Virus record (IMG/VR): IMGVR_UViG_3300025109_000007
Location: 3,647 to 67,646 of that record
From: a virus
Reading direction: 5' to 3' (one strand)
DNA length: 64,000 bases
The position numbers and the translations under genes are program-made. The notes beneath the pieces were generated by a model. It did not search any database and was not told the DNA's origin. It saw only the letters and a list, made by a program, of their open reading frames with translations. Below are positions 47,243 to 57,039 of the stretch, one piece after another; position 1 is the first letter of the stretch; each line of letters opens with the position of its first letter.

Positions 47243-48324
47243 GCCTGACCTCCTGCGCACGGGAACTCGCGGACTCGAAGCTCCTCCGGCCACTCGGACG
47301 GGTCGCCGCCCTTGGGGTGCGTCAGGCGGACGCGCACGGGCGCACCCTGATAGCCGCCGTGCGGGAGCTCCTGCACGCGCCCTGCCTCTCCGAGCCAGCC
47401 GGGCCACCAGTCTGGCTCGCCAACGATCGTGAAGTTGTCGTCGTTCCGGGTGAGGACGTGGGCGCCGAGTTGCTTCACGAACACCGGCACGCCAGCGCGC
47501 CGCGCCTGCTCGATCGTGTCGCGTGCCCACTGCACGTCGAACGGGCGGGCGCCGTGGCCGCTCTCGCCGCCCACGATGATCCAGTCGAGGCCGGCGCCGA
47601 AGGTGGGAGCCAACGCGTCGAACGTGTGCTCCCGCGTCCCATCGCGAAACGAGTGCCGAATCCGTCGCCAGTCCACGCCTCCAAGGGCGGGCTCGTAGCT
47701 CGCACACCGGACCGCAGCGGGGAGCCGGCGCAGGATCGGGAGGCGCGCGGCCGCGGTGGGTTGGTCTTCCACCGAGACGCCGAGCCAGAACGGAAACGGG
47801 TCTTCGACGCCCATCACCGCGCTCACCGCGCGCTTCCAGACATCCGACTGCACGCGTAGTTGCTCGGGGGCCCCGCCGACGAACCACCCCATGCAGAGCT
47901 GCATCACCGCACGCGGATCGGGGTACTCGGCATCGAGCCAGTCGAAGAAGGCCTTCGCTCGCTCGACGCGCTTGGTGAGGATCTGGGCGGTGTGCCCGTG
48001 CCACGCGTGGGCGACGGCGATCATCCCGAGGAGCGCGGCGATCGTCTCGAAGGGGACCGGCTCGAAGAACAGGTCGCTGAGCGAGTTGATGAACCAGCGC
48101 TGCGGCTTGCGCGCGCGGAGCATCTCGTCGAAGCGGTGGGGCGCGTAGTTCACCTCTCCGTTCCACCGCACGCCCTGCTTGCCCACGACGGTCAGGCCGC
48201 GGTGCTGGGGCGAGAGCTTCCGGTGCACCTGTCCCTCGGCGTAGCAGTGGCGACATCCCTGGCTGACCCGGCGGCACCCGACGAAGCAGTTCAGGGTGCG
48301 GTCCGTCCACTCGATCTTACTCAT
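47239..48324 (-). CDS. DUF5131 (gp37/gp68) family protein
   Basis: MSKIEWTD, GCRRVSQGCRHCYA, NSLSDLF, QILTKR, GVSVEDQ, WIIVGGESG, FVKQLG. Confidence 0.9.
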   Translation of the reverse strand: MSKIEWTDRTLNCFVGCRRVSQGCRHCYAEGQVHRKLSPQHRGLTVVGKQGVRWNGEVNYAPHRFDEMLRARKPQRWFINSLSDLFFEPVPFETIAALLGMIAVAHAWHGHTAQILTKRVERAKAFFDWLDAEYPDPRAVMQLCMGWFVGGAPEQLRVQSDVWKRAVSAVMGVEDPFPFWLGVSVEDQPTAAARLPILRRLPAAVRCASYEPALGGVDWRRIRHSFRDGTREHTFDALAPTFGAGLDWIIVGGESGHGARPFDVQWARDTIEQARRAGVPVFVKQLGAHVLTRNDDNFTIVGEPDWWPGWLGEAGRVQELPHGGYQGAPVRVRLTHPKGGDPSEWPEELRVREFPCAGGQA

Positions 48325-48884
48325 CGGGACCTCCGTTCAGGACGAGGGCGTCCGGCATCGCGGCGGGCGGCGGCGAAGATCTCGCGGTGCAGCCGGAGGC
48401 GACGCCGCTCGTGCCCGGGTGTGCGTGGGTCCTCGAGGCGAGCGTCGATCGCGCGCACCACGATCTCGCGTCCTCGCCGAACCCACTGGTAGAGCGCGTC
48501 CAGGCTGGGGGCCTCGACGCCGTACTCGTCGGTGAGCTGCGCCGCGAGCTCGGGCGATGGGAGTCGGAGGATGCGGCGCCTCATCGCGGCGCGCGCGCGC
48601 CGGCGAGCGCGCAGCCGCCGCCCCGCGTCGGCGCGCGCGTAGAGGAAGAACACGAGCTGGTCGAGGTAGTGCATCTCCGGGTTGGCGCGGAAGCGCGTCT
48701 TCGAGATGTCGGCGAGGAACTCGCGCGCTTCGTCCGATTCGGGGAGCGGCGTCGAGATCGGCGGGCGCGCGCTGGTCGAGGCGCTCGAGGAGTCCCCCGC
48801 GCCCACGCGCCGTGGGGGGGAGCGCCGCTCGGGCGCAGGGGACTCCTCCAGGGCCGCGGCCGCGGCGTGGTCGTGGCGGCTCAC
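48321..48884 (-). CDS. Hypothetical protein
   Basis: Coupled ORF; helical C-terminus. Confidence 0.5.
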   Translation of the reverse strand: MSRHDHAAAAALEESPAPERRSPPRRVGAGDSSSASTSARPPISTPLPESDEAREFLADISKTRFRANPEMHYLDQLVFFLYARADAGRRLRARRRARAAMRRRILRLPSPELAAQLTDEYGVEAPSLDALYQWVRRGREIVVRAIDARLEDPRTPGHERRRLRLHREIFAAARRDAGRPRPERRSR

Positions 48885-49426
48885 CGGGACACCTCGCGGG
48901 CGCCGCCGGTCCGGAACCACTCGACGACGAGCTCCACCTGGCGGTCTGAGAAGAAGGCTCGTGTCTGCCCCGGCGAGAGACCGGGGAGGTGACCGTGGTC
49001 GTGGAAGTGGTCGTGGTGCTCGCGGCAGAGCGGGACGGTCCGGTAGTCGTGGACCTTCTGCGAGACCCCGCGCCGCGGCGCCCAGTGGTGCGCCTCGATC
49101 CCTGAGCGCGCCCCGCAGTGGCAGCACGGGAGGGAGGCGACCCATCGAAGGTAGGCGGCGTCGCGCGCGGGACCCTTTGGCCTCGGCTGCGGGCGGAGCG
49201 CGGGGCGCTCGAGCTGCGGCGGCGAGGACAGCGCGCCTGGGGAGGGTGCTGCTCGCTCGAGCGGGGAGACGCTGGCGAGCGCGACCCGCCGCGGCTTGGC
49301 CTTTCCATCCGGGACGACGAAGGCTTCCCCGGCGCCCTCCGCGACATGCGTGAGCTCTCCCTGGTACAGCTTCCGGCCGCCCATGCCGCGGACCTGGACG
49401 CGGTCCCCTGCTCGGAGCCGCTTCAC
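48881..49426 (-). CDS. DUF968-like HNH/zinc nuclease-fold protein
   Basis: YLRWVASLPCCHCG...EAHH...TVPLCREHHDHFH. Confidence 0.8.
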   Translation of the reverse strand: MKRLRAGDRVQVRGMGGRKLYQGELTHVAEGAGEAFVVPDGKAKPRRVALASVSPLERAAPSPGALSSPPQLERPALRPQPRPKGPARDAAYLRWVASLPCCHCGARSGIEAHHWAPRRGVSQKVHDYRTVPLCREHHDHFHDHGHLPGLSPGQTRAFFSDRQVELVVEWFRTGGAREVSR

Positions 49427-49601
49427 GCTGCCCGCCTCGCCCGACGGTTGCGTCGGCTGACCTCGGCCGCGCGGCGCGCGCGGAGAGCGCACGCCTCACA
49501 GACGAACGCCCACGGACCGCCGGGCCAGAGGGGGCGGTCCTCGACCGCGGCGCGCTCGAGGCCCTTGCTCGCGCAGGGCTCACAGACCTGGTCGGCGCCG
49601 A

Positions 49602-49988
49602 TCATCCGCAGTGCTCCTGCTGGAGGTGGACGGCCCCTGCTCGGTGGAGGAGCCAGCGCGCTCCGCCACCCCAGTCGGTCCCCGCCCACCGGCGCGCCGC
49701 CGTGTCGGTCCAGTCGGCCGGCGCGTCCCCGCCGCTGATCACGACCACGTGGAGGCGTCGTCGCTGAGCCCAGGCTACGACCTCGCTCCCGCAACGGGAC
49801 CCGAGGTGCCAGTCGGTGACCACCGCGTCGAAGCCCCCCTCCGCCGTGTCGGGGAGGAACCGAGGGCTGGCGCGGTGATCGAACACCAGCGTCAGGCCCA
49901 GCCTGCGGGCCTCTGCCTGGATGATGCGCTGTACGCAGCGGGCCTTCCAGAGCTCGTCTTCGACGTGGAGGATGCGCAGGGTGTTCAC
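49602..49988 (-). CDS. Stand-alone response regulator receiver domain
   Basis: RILHVEDE, DAVVTDWHL, GSEVV, VVVISG. Confidence 0.75.
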   Translation of the reverse strand: MNTLRILHVEDELWKARCVQRIIQAEARRLGLTLVFDHRASPRFLPDTAEGGFDAVVTDWHLGSRCGSEVVAWAQRRRLHVVVISGGDAPADWTDTAARRWAGTDWGGGARWLLHRAGAVHLQQEHCG

Positions 49989-50566
49989 GGCGCCTCCGCG
50001 TTGAGCTTCTCGACGATGGCCCTCGCGACGCTCTCGTCGCACTCCAGCGCGCCCACGCGTACCCCGTCCGCGAGCAGCTCGAGGTCACCGCCTCGGACCG
50101 CGTGGAGGCTGTATCGACTCGGACGCTCGTCGCAGTCGGGGCAGATCGTGACGCCCTCGTCGTCGCTCCAGGCCTCCTGTCCGGGCGCGATCCACGCCTC
50201 GCACCCCTCGCAGCGCAACGCCCCGGCCTCGCGGGCATGATCGGAGCAGAGCGGCTCGTCCTCGAGCTCCACGACCGCTGCGACCAGCAGGCGCCCGTCG
50301 TCGTCGTGGCACAGCGCGCAGCGCCGCACGACCGCCGCGTCGGAGCGGGCGCAGCAGCGCTCCCGGATCTCGGCCTCGACGACGAGGGGCGCTCCGATGC
50401 CGGCCGCGAGACGTACCGCATCGATGTACCCGTCTTCGTCGATCGGCCCCGTGTGGCGGAAGAAGGGCCCGTCGCTCGTCTCGAGCGCGACGACGGCGTC
50501 CTCGCAGCCCTCCGCCCCGTACTCGCGTGCGTACCAGACGCGCGTGACTCGAAGAGAGCCGCTCAC
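49985..50566 (-). CDS. Zinc-finger-containing hypothetical protein
   Basis: Several CxxC/CxxH pairs. Confidence 0.6.
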   Translation of the reverse strand: MSGSLRVTRVWYAREYGAEGCEDAVVALETSDGPFFRHTGPIDEDGYIDAVRLAAGIGAPLVVEAEIRERCCARSDAAVVRRCALCHDDDGRLLVAAVVELEDEPLCSDHAREAGALRCEGCEAWIAPGQEAWSDDEGVTICPDCDERPSRYSLHAVRGGDLELLADGVRVGALECDESVARAIVEKLNAEAP

Positions 50567-51348
50567 GACGCGCTCCTCTCGGTCCAGCCAAAGAGCTCAC
50601 GGGCGACGCGCTTCGCCGCGGCGACGCCGTTGGCGGTGAGCTGGCGTTGCCAGGCCTGGTGCGTGCGCGAGAACCGAAAGCCGGCGCGGCGCATGGCGCG
50701 GCACGTCTCGCGGTCCGGCCGCCGATCGAAGTGGACGCGCACGCGCACCTCTTCGACGTCTTCCTCGATGCGGAAGCCGTCGCCGACGATGTCCTCGGCG
50801 GGCTCGTAGCTCGCGAGCGACTCCAGCTCGGCGATGCGCTTCTTCAGCCTCCGGATGTTCGCGCTGCCGTTCTTCGTCACGCACGGGGCCGAGAGCCACG
50901 GCGCCCGGCACATCGTCTCCTCGGCCGCCTTGACCAGCGCGTCGGAGATGCCACTCGCGCGGAGGGCCTCGACGCCGCCCCGACGCCAGAGGCGGTTGAT
51001 CCGCTTCTCCAGGTCGCGCCGTTCCTCGGCCCTCGTCAGCTGCGCGCGGAGGGCGTCGAGCGCCTCCGGGTCGTCCGACATGACGGCGCGCCCAGCGCCG
51101 GCCGCACGGTGAGACGCGCTCTTCGCCGCGTCGAGCAGCTCGACCGCCTTGCGGGCCTTTGCATCGTGCCGCTTCAGCGCGCCGCGGTGCTTCGCCTCCG
51201 AGTGGTGCCCAGCGAGGATCGGCTGGCCTTCTGGGATGCCGTTGAGCTCGGCTCGAGCGGCGGTGTAGGCCGCCTCGCCCTTGCCCCGAAGCTTCGCGGC
51301 TCGCTCCGCCGCGCGGTCGCGGCGCTCCTGTTGCTGCGCGGTGATCAC
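50563..51348 (-). CDS. DUF3560-domain protein
   Basis: IPEGQPILAGHHSE, SDDPEAL, GFRFSRTHQAWQR. Confidence 0.85.
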   Translation of the reverse strand: MITAQQQERRDRAAERAAKLRGKGEAAYTAARAELNGIPEGQPILAGHHSEAKHRGALKRHDAKARKAVELLDAAKSASHRAAGAGRAVMSDDPEALDALRAQLTRAEERRDLEKRINRLWRRGGVEALRASGISDALVKAAEETMCRAPWLSAPCVTKNGSANIRRLKKRIAELESLASYEPAEDIVGDGFRIEEDVEEVRVRVHFDRRPDRETCRAMRRAGFRFSRTHQAWQRQLTANGVAAAKRVARELFGWTERSAS

Positions 51349-51713
51349 GCGGCGCTCCGCGCGGCCTGCCGGAGGATGTCCATGCGGGCGTGGATGCGCT
51401 CCGCCATGACCCCGACGGCGCTGACCAGGTCACGGCCGGCGCCGCTCTCCACCGCGGTCCAGTGGATGCCGAAGGCGAGGTCGCGCTCACCGGCGACGTA
51501 GAGCCGGACCGTCCACTCGATGCCCATGGAGGCGGCGGCGGGGCGGCGGAGGACGACGTAGCGGACCTCGCCGTCCTCGCTGTCGCCGGCCCACGCCTCG
51601 GCACCGGGCCCGTGTCCTTGAGCGAGCACCGGGGCGGGGCGCAGCTGCACCCGATCCACCACCAGGCTCGTCCCATCTCGTTGCGTCTCGTCGTGTACCA
51701 GCTCGGTTTGCAT
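51345..51713 (-). CDS. First gene of the leftward early operon, hypothetical
   Basis: GGAGGT RBS before ATG 51713. Confidence 0.6.
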   Translation of the reverse strand: MQTELVHDETQRDGTSLVVDRVQLRPAPVLAQGHGPGAEAWAGDSEDGEVRYVVLRRPAAASMGIEWTVRLYVAGERDLAFGIHWTAVESGAGRDLVSAVGVMAERIHARMDILRQAARSAA

Positions 51714-51729
51714 CGTCGTGACCTCCAAT

Positions 51730-51779
51730 GCGTACAGATGTACGCGTAGGCGCCGGCGATGTCAAATACAAAAGTACGC
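51730..51779 (-). promoter_or_regulatory. PL/OL-like promoter with two operators
   Basis: TTGACA-N17-TACATC on the minus strand; GCGTACAGATGTACGC (51730) and AAATACAAAAGTACGC (51764). Confidence 0.7.
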
Positions 51780-51790
51780 GTTACGAGCGA

Positions 51791-52462
51791 TCACGAGCAG
51801 TCCGCGAAGACGTCGATGCTCGCCAGCGAGATGACGCGAGCGAACCCGTGCTCGAACACGGGCCAAGCGCGCACCCCGCCGCATGACTCCGCGGGGGCGC
51901 GCGTTTCGATCGCCGCGTCGATCGCGTCGAGCTCGTCACGAGTCGGGCGCCGGTAGGGCCAGCGCTGCCCGGGAGTCACGATGGAGTAGGGACGGCGCGA
52001 CCCGCTGGGGGTCTCGCAGTCCCACACCCAGGCAACGCCCGGCATGATGCTGACGAGACGTCGGACGAGGGCCTCGTGAGAGGCCCACGGGTGCAAGGCC
52101 TTCAGCGCGAAGAGGCAGCCCCCCGTTCGGCGCATGTCCCGCGTGAAGTCGATCCGTGGGAGGAGCAGGCACGAGGCGATCGCGTCACACATGCGTTCTG
52201 TCTGCGAAGCGTGGGGAATCCCCTCCAGGTCGCACAGGTGGTGTGCGCACTCATGAGCGACGGTGAAGCCTTGGCGCTCGAGGCGGTCGCGAGGGTTCAC
52301 GAAGATCCGGTCGCCGATCAGGCAGCCCGCCTTGAGCGAGTCTGGACCGGTGCGGACCTCGAGGCTCAGCGCCCACGCGATCATCCACGGGTCGACCGGG
52401 ACTGGTATCCCGCAGGAATCTAGGAGTTCGTTGGCCAGTCCTTCGCAGTCTTCCCAGTCCAC
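51791..52462 (-). CDS. ImmA/IrrE-family metallopeptidase (start approximate)
   Basis: PVDP, RQGFTVAHECAH, ERMCDAIASCLLLP; downstream of the repressor. Confidence 0.85.
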   Translation of the reverse strand: MDWEDCEGLANELLDSCGIPVPVDPWMIAWALSLEVRTGPDSLKAGCLIGDRIFVNPRDRLERQGFTVAHECAHHLCDLEGIPHASQTERMCDAIASCLLLPRIDFTRDMRRTGGCLFALKALHPWASHEALVRRLVSIMPGVAWVWDCETPSGSRRPYSIVTPGQRWPYRRPTRDELDAIDAAIETRAPAESCGGVRAWPVFEHGFARVISLASIDVFADCS

Positions 52463-52508
52463 GGGGACCCGGACGGAAGGTGCCTGGCTGAACTGACGCT
52501 CCTTGCGA

Positions 52509-53024
52509 TCATTCTGAACTCTCTTTGCGGAATCGGCGCACGCCCTGCGTGGCGGCCTCGTCCGAGACGTCCCGCACGACCTCGCCACCGTCGTCCAGGA
52601 GACGACGAGCGATGTCGAAGTACACGCCTGGCTCACTCGGAGGGCCGCCCCGGAACTTGAGGTTCGCGAGCTGCTCGATCTGGCCATCGGTGAGCTCATC
52701 GAAGCGGGCGAAGTCGCGCTGGAACGCCTCGAAGGCCGCCGGCCTGGTCTTCGCCCGGCCGCGTACGTGGTTCGTGTAGTGCGGCTCTCCAAGGCTCTCG
52801 TCGTGGAAGAACCTGGCCTCGAGGTGCATCCGGTCCCGGACCTTCTTCAGCGTCGCCGCGCTCACCCCGGTTCGTGACCCGTCGACGAACTTCCGCACCG
52901 ACGACAACGACAGCCCCGTGCGCTCGGCGACTCGTCCGGGCCATCCGCGTGCCCGATCGCACTCGTCCGCAAGCTGTTCGATGAGGAGGAGAAGTCGTCT
53001 GACTTCAATGGGTTGCGCCGCCAT
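52509..53024 (-). CDS. CI-like XRE repressor of element B
   Basis: GWPGRVAERTGLSLSSVRKFVDGSR; divergent from the Cro-like gene. Confidence 0.8.
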   Translation of the reverse strand: MAAQPIEVRRLLLLIEQLADECDRARGWPGRVAERTGLSLSSVRKFVDGSRTGVSAATLKKVRDRMHLEARFFHDESLGEPHYTNHVRGRAKTRPAAFEAFQRDFARFDELTDGQIEQLANLKFRGGPPSEPGVYFDIARRLLDDGGEVVRDVSDEAATQGVRRFRKESSE

Positions 53025-53107
53025 GCGGACAAATGTGTCACGCGGAACGCGTACATTGGTACGGATTCCCTTTGCGTCTGAAGTGCCGTTCGCGTACATC
53101 TGTGTCA
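53025..53107. promoter_or_regulatory. OR-like region: three operators and a PR-like promoter
   Basis: GCGGACAAATGTGTCA (53025), GCGTACATTGGTACGG (53049), GCGTACATCTGTGTCA (53092); TTGCGT-N17-TACATC. Confidence 0.7.
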
Positions 53108-53109
53108 CC

Positions 53110-53382
53110 ATGTCTGCGACGCCCCCCACCGCGGTCGAGCGCTTCAATGCGTGGCTCTCCGACAAGGAGCTGTCCTCTGCGAGGGCTGCGGAAGTCCTCG
53201 GATGCTCCGTCTCGATGGTGCAAAAGGTCCGGCAAGGGGACCGTGTGCCTGGTCTCGCGCTGGCGCTTGCGATCAAGCGCGAGTCGGGCGCCTGGGGCCC
53301 AGGACCGATTCAGCCGTCGGAGTGGGTGGTTCCGGCGAAGTCGGCGGTTCTCGCCCCGACCGGCTCGGACTCACCCCGATGA
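53110..53382 (+). CDS. Cro-like HTH protein
   Basis: AAEVLGCSVSMVQKVRQGDRVPGLALALAIK. Confidence 0.8.
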   Translation: MSATPPTAVERFNAWLSDKELSSARAAEVLGCSVSMVQKVRQGDRVPGLALALAIKRESGAWGPGPIQPSEWVVPAKSAVLAPTGSDSPR

Positions 53383-53459
53383 CCACCACGGTAACCAGTC
53401 GAACCGACGGCGAAACTGATCCGCCGTTCAGCGCTCTGCACAGCGCTTCTGACGTGCCC

Positions 53460-54026
53460 CTACTGTCGGAGCGCGTCTCGCACGAGAGTGCTGTTGGGCG
53501 GCTGCGCCCACCACACTCCGGAGCACGCGCGTCGCGCTCCGGACTCCAGCACGGCGGCGGCGTCGAGATGGGTGATCTCGAGTCGCCGCTCGACGACGGT
53601 CCCGTCGTCCAGCACGCGCTCTTCGTTCGTGACGCACTGAGCGAGGGCGCGCGCGCCGAAGCGCTCGTCGCAGGGCTCATCGATGGCGGTCGTCCCCTGG
53701 GGCGAGTCGAGACTCGGTGCCTGCCAGTCGACGGGGAAGGCCGCGGGTGGGACGAAGGTCGCCTCGATCGCGATGCACTCGACCACCCGTCCGGCGCGGC
53801 TGCGAGTGACGTAGAGATCGCGCGTCACTTCCTGGGGAGCGGGCACCGGGGCCGTCGGCGGCGCGGTCTCGGGCGCGGTCTCGGGCTCGGGCTCGGGCTG
53901 CACGGGCTGAGGCTGCGCAGGCGAAGCGGACGGGGCAGGCGGCGGTGGTGCAGCCCAGTCCCCACCGCAAGCCAGGGTCAGCGCAAGCAGGAGCGCCGAG
54001 GCGCTGCTGAGTCGAGTTGCGCGCAT
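53460..54026 (-). CDS. Putative lipoprotein, antisense moron
   Basis: LLALTLAC lipobox, Pro-rich linker, Cys-containing domain. Confidence 0.65.
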   Translation of the reverse strand: MRATRLSSASALLLALTLACGGDWAAPPPPAPSASPAQPQPVQPEPEPETAPETAPPTAPVPAPQEVTRDLYVTRSRAGRVVECIAIEATFVPPAAFPVDWQAPSLDSPQGTTAIDEPCDERFGARALAQCVTNEERVLDDGTVVERRLEITHLDAAAVLESGARRACSGVWWAQPPNSTLVRDALRQ

Positions 54027-54076
54027 CTGTCGATTCTACACGCGAGCGGCGCGGGGCGAAGCGGGAGGACCAACTG

Positions 54077-54445
54077 ATGCAGACGCTCGTCTTCGACCCG
54101 AAACCGGGGAGCCCCAAGGCGGTCGCTGCGGGCTGCACCTGTCCTCGAGCGGACAACGCGCACGGCGCTGGCGTCGGCTCGCCGCCCCGGTTTTTCATGT
54201 CCGGCGCGTGCCCGGTTCACGCCGTTCGGGAGCGAGAGCCCGATGACTGGGCCACGCGGACGGCCGTGGCCTACGTGAGCGACCTGCGCCCGCCGCCGTC
54301 GGACGTCGACGTCGCGGTCGCCCGGCTCGCAACGGTCCTGCGCGAGGTCGCGTGCGACTGCCCGTGGGCGTCGCCGCTCGTGCGCCCGGAGCTCGTCGAG
54401 CCGACGCCTCGAGCGGGCAGCGAGGGCCGTACGGCGCACCGGTGA
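54077..54445 (+). CDS. Small Cys/His phage protein
   Basis: PGSPKA...GCTCP..DN...CPVH; GGAGG RBS. Confidence 0.6.
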   Translation: MQTLVFDPKPGSPKAVAAGCTCPRADNAHGAGVGSPPRFFMSGACPVHAVREREPDDWATRTAVAYVSDLRPPPSDVDVAVARLATVLREVACDCPWASPLVRPELVEPTPRAGSEGRTAHR

Positions 54446-54478
54446 ACCCCCGGCGCGTCGCCGGGGTGAGGAGGGATC

Positions 54479-54874
54479 ATGGACGAGGACTACGAGGACG
54501 AGGGTGCGCGCAGCTTCACGCGCGCACTGGAGATGATCGCGGACGGTGACCTGGTCATCGACGCGAGCGCCGAGCTCTACGAGCTGAACCAGGCGCTCCG
54601 CCGCGAGGCTCGGATCCGGCGCGGCGCGGTCAAGGGGACGTTCACGCTCAAGCTCCAGGTGGTGGTCGAGCCGAACGGCCCCGTGGAGATCCACCCGTCG
54701 ATCACGACCAAGCGAGCCGATCGCAAAACGGCGCGCGGGCTCCTTTGGATGACGCCGGGGGGCAACCTGACCGCGGAGAACCCGCGTCAACAGAACCTGC
54801 CGCTGCGCGAGGTGGCGATGGGAGACGACGAGCCCCGCGACGTGGGCTCCGACCGCAACGTGAGGGAGGTCTGA
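54479..54874 (+). CDS. Conserved phage protein preceding DUF2303 (YfdP-like)
   Basis: KGTFTLKL...TPGGNLTAENPRQQNLPL. Confidence 0.7.
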   Translation: MDEDYEDEGARSFTRALEMIADGDLVIDASAELYELNQALRREARIRRGAVKGTFTLKLQVVVEPNGPVEIHPSITTKRADRKTARGLLWMTPGGNLTAENPRQQNLPLREVAMGDDEPRDVGSDRNVREV

Positions 54875-54875
54875 G

Positions 54876-55778
54876 ATGGAGCATGAGGACGAGAGACGCG
54901 GCGACGCCGCCGCCATCATCGATGAGGTTCGCCGTCACGCGGAGCCGCGGATCATGCAGGCCCAGGACGGCACGAGCTTCCTGGTCCTCCCCGACAGCCT
55001 CACCGCGGAGAGCCTGAAGCGGTTCGAGGACGAGCGACGCTCGCACCCCGAGCGACGTCGAGGCACGGCGACGCTGACCACCCTGCAGAGCTTCGCCGAC
55101 CACGTCACGCGCTTCGCCGCCGAGCACTCTGCCATCTTCGCCAACGACGACCGCTCGAGCCCCGAGCTCCTCGCGGTGCTCGACTACCACCAGCGGGGCG
55201 CCGAGGGCCTGCCGCAGTTCGGCGAGCACCGGTCTCTCTACCGCTTCCCGCTCTCCGACGAGTGGAAGGCGTGGAACGCGCTGGCGAACAAGCAGCTCGA
55301 CCAGGCGACCCTGGCGAACCACCTCGAGGATCACCTGGACGACGTGCTCTCGCCGGACTCCGTCGGCGACACGGTGCGGGAGTTCGCGGACCGGCACGGC
55401 ATCGCCCTGGCGGGACCGGTGCGGCTCCAGGAGCTCGCGCGCGGCCTCAGCGTGCGCGTCGATCGGAAGGTCACGAACCTCCAGAACCCGTCGACTGGCG
55501 AGGCGCGGATCCACTTCGAGGAGACGCACGCGGGCGAGGACGGCAGCGAGCTGAAGGTGCCCGGTGGCTTCGCCCTGGGGATCCCGGTGTTCCGCGGCGG
55601 GGATCTGTACCAGGTGCCCGTCCGGCTCCGCTACCGGGTCTCGAAGGGCGCGATCCTGTGGTCCATCGCGCTGCACCGGACCGACCGCGTGTTCGACCAC
55701 GCGTTCGAGCAGGCCTGCCGCCTCGTCGAGGAAGCGACCGGGCTGCCCATCTACCAGGGCAGGCCCGAGCGCAGCTGA
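54876..55778 (+). CDS. DUF2303 (YfdQ-like) protein
   Basis: AVLDYH, SDEWKAW, LGIPVFRG, VRLRYR. Confidence 0.85.
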   Translation: MEHEDERRGDAAAIIDEVRRHAEPRIMQAQDGTSFLVLPDSLTAESLKRFEDERRSHPERRRGTATLTTLQSFADHVTRFAAEHSAIFANDDRSSPELLAVLDYHQRGAEGLPQFGEHRSLYRFPLSDEWKAWNALANKQLDQATLANHLEDHLDDVLSPDSVGDTVREFADRHGIALAGPVRLQELARGLSVRVDRKVTNLQNPSTGEARIHFEETHAGEDGSELKVPGGFALGIPVFRGGDLYQVPVRLRYRVSKGAILWSIALHRTDRVFDHAFEQACRLVEEATGLPIYQGRPERS

Positions 55779-55837
55779 CCACCGGGCGCGGCGGCGTCCG
55801 GCGCCGCCGCGCCATTTCGATCGAGAGGAGGGACGAG

Positions 55838-56338
55838 ATGCTGGTTTGGATACTTGGAGGCGTTGCTGTGATCGCGGCGTTGCCGTTCGTGCTGCTCGCG
55901 CGCAGCACACATCTCGGCGACGACGAGCTGCTCGTGGGCACGCGCGCGCCGCGGGTAGAGCCGCTACCTCCGCCTCCTCCTCGGACGCCGCCGCTGGTGC
56001 CGCCTCAGGACGGTGAGTCGTGGCCGAGCGCCATCGACGCCATCCTGCGCACGGAGGGTTGGCGCGGTCCTCGAGACGAGGAAGAACGCCGTCCGACGAC
56101 GCACTACGCGCTCGCGTTCTGCCGCACGAACCCGTCCTCCGATCCCGACGACGCGCAGCACGTCGTGACGGCGACGAGGTGCGCCGCTGTCGAGGACTTC
56201 GACTCGTTCGCGTACGACCTCGCGCACGAGGGGATCGACTGTAAGGAGTGCCGAGCCGCGCTCGGCCGGAACGACCTCGCCACCATCCGGGTCTGGCACC
56301 TCCGCGCGGGCCGCGTGATCGGAGGCGGTGATGCGTAG
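55838..56338 (+). CDS. Hypothetical protein, N-terminal TM and C-terminal Cys cluster
   Basis: Hydrophobic N-terminus; CKEC. Confidence 0.55.
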   Translation: MLVWILGGVAVIAALPFVLLARSTHLGDDELLVGTRAPRVEPLPPPPPRTPPLVPPQDGESWPSAIDAILRTEGWRGPRDEEERRPTTHYALAFCRTNPSSDPDDAQHVVTATRCAAVEDFDSFAYDLAHEGIDCKECRAALGRNDLATIRVWHLRAGRVIGGGDA

Positions 56339-56912
56339 GCTCGCAGGCCCCGCCTTCCGCGGCCTGGTGCTGGTCGGGCTGCTCGCGCTCTACGCGGGGA
56401 TCCTGTCGGGCAGGGTCAGCGCGTCCGGTGGGCCGCGCCCCGCGGACGCCGAGGCGTGCGCACGCGTCGCGGTTGGCGAGGCGGGCTGGGATCCGGCGAC
56501 CGGGGACGCGGCCGCGATCACCCACGTGCTGCGTCGCCGTGCTGAGCGCCGGGACGTCTCGATCTCGCGGATGGCGCGCCTCTACTCGACCGGGCACTTC
56601 GACGGGTCGCGCAGCCGGCGCCGTTGGATCGTGGGCCTCACGCTCGCCGCGTCTCGCCCCTCCGGGTGGCCGGCGCAGCTCGCCTGGCGCGGCGACTACC
56701 GCGCGCGCTGGCTGGCGATGGTCGAGCACGTGCGCTCCGTGCTCCGGGGCGAGGTCGAGGACCCCTGCTCGGGCGAGGCAGACCACTGGGGCTCGAGGAG
56801 CGAGCAGCTCCCGGACATCCATCGCGCGCGTGCGGCGGGCTGGGAGCAGCTCGACTGCGGAGCGACGGCGAACGCGTTCTGGCGCGTCCCGCGGAGGGGA
56901 GACGCGACATGA
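56328..56912 (+). CDS. SleB-like cell wall hydrolase
   Basis: N-terminal TM, ARVAVGEAG, AITHVLRRR, DPCSGEADHW. Confidence 0.65.
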   Translation: MMRRLAGPAFRGLVLVGLLALYAGILSGRVSASGGPRPADAEACARVAVGEAGWDPATGDAAAITHVLRRRAERRDVSISRMARLYSTGHFDGSRSRRRWIVGLTLAASRPSGWPAQLAWRGDYRARWLAMVEHVRSVLRGEVEDPCSGEADHWGSRSEQLPDIHRARAAGWEQLDCGATANAFWRVPRRGDAT

Positions 56913-57039
56913 ACGACCTCCGCCGTCGCCGGCGCCGCGTGCGCCGTCATCACCGCGCGCGCGCTCGCCGAGCGCATCGCAGTCGCGTGGCTCAGAGCGC
57001 CCTCGGCGCCCTCGTCGGCCTCCTGCTCTGGGGGGCTCG

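Noticed and set aside
54702-56822. Long Arg/Pro/Ala-rich alternative-frame ORFs here and elsewhere (e.g. 1822-3591, 7167-8885, 44072-45877)
   Set aside because: Shadow ORFs expected at this GC content; they overlap better-supported genes
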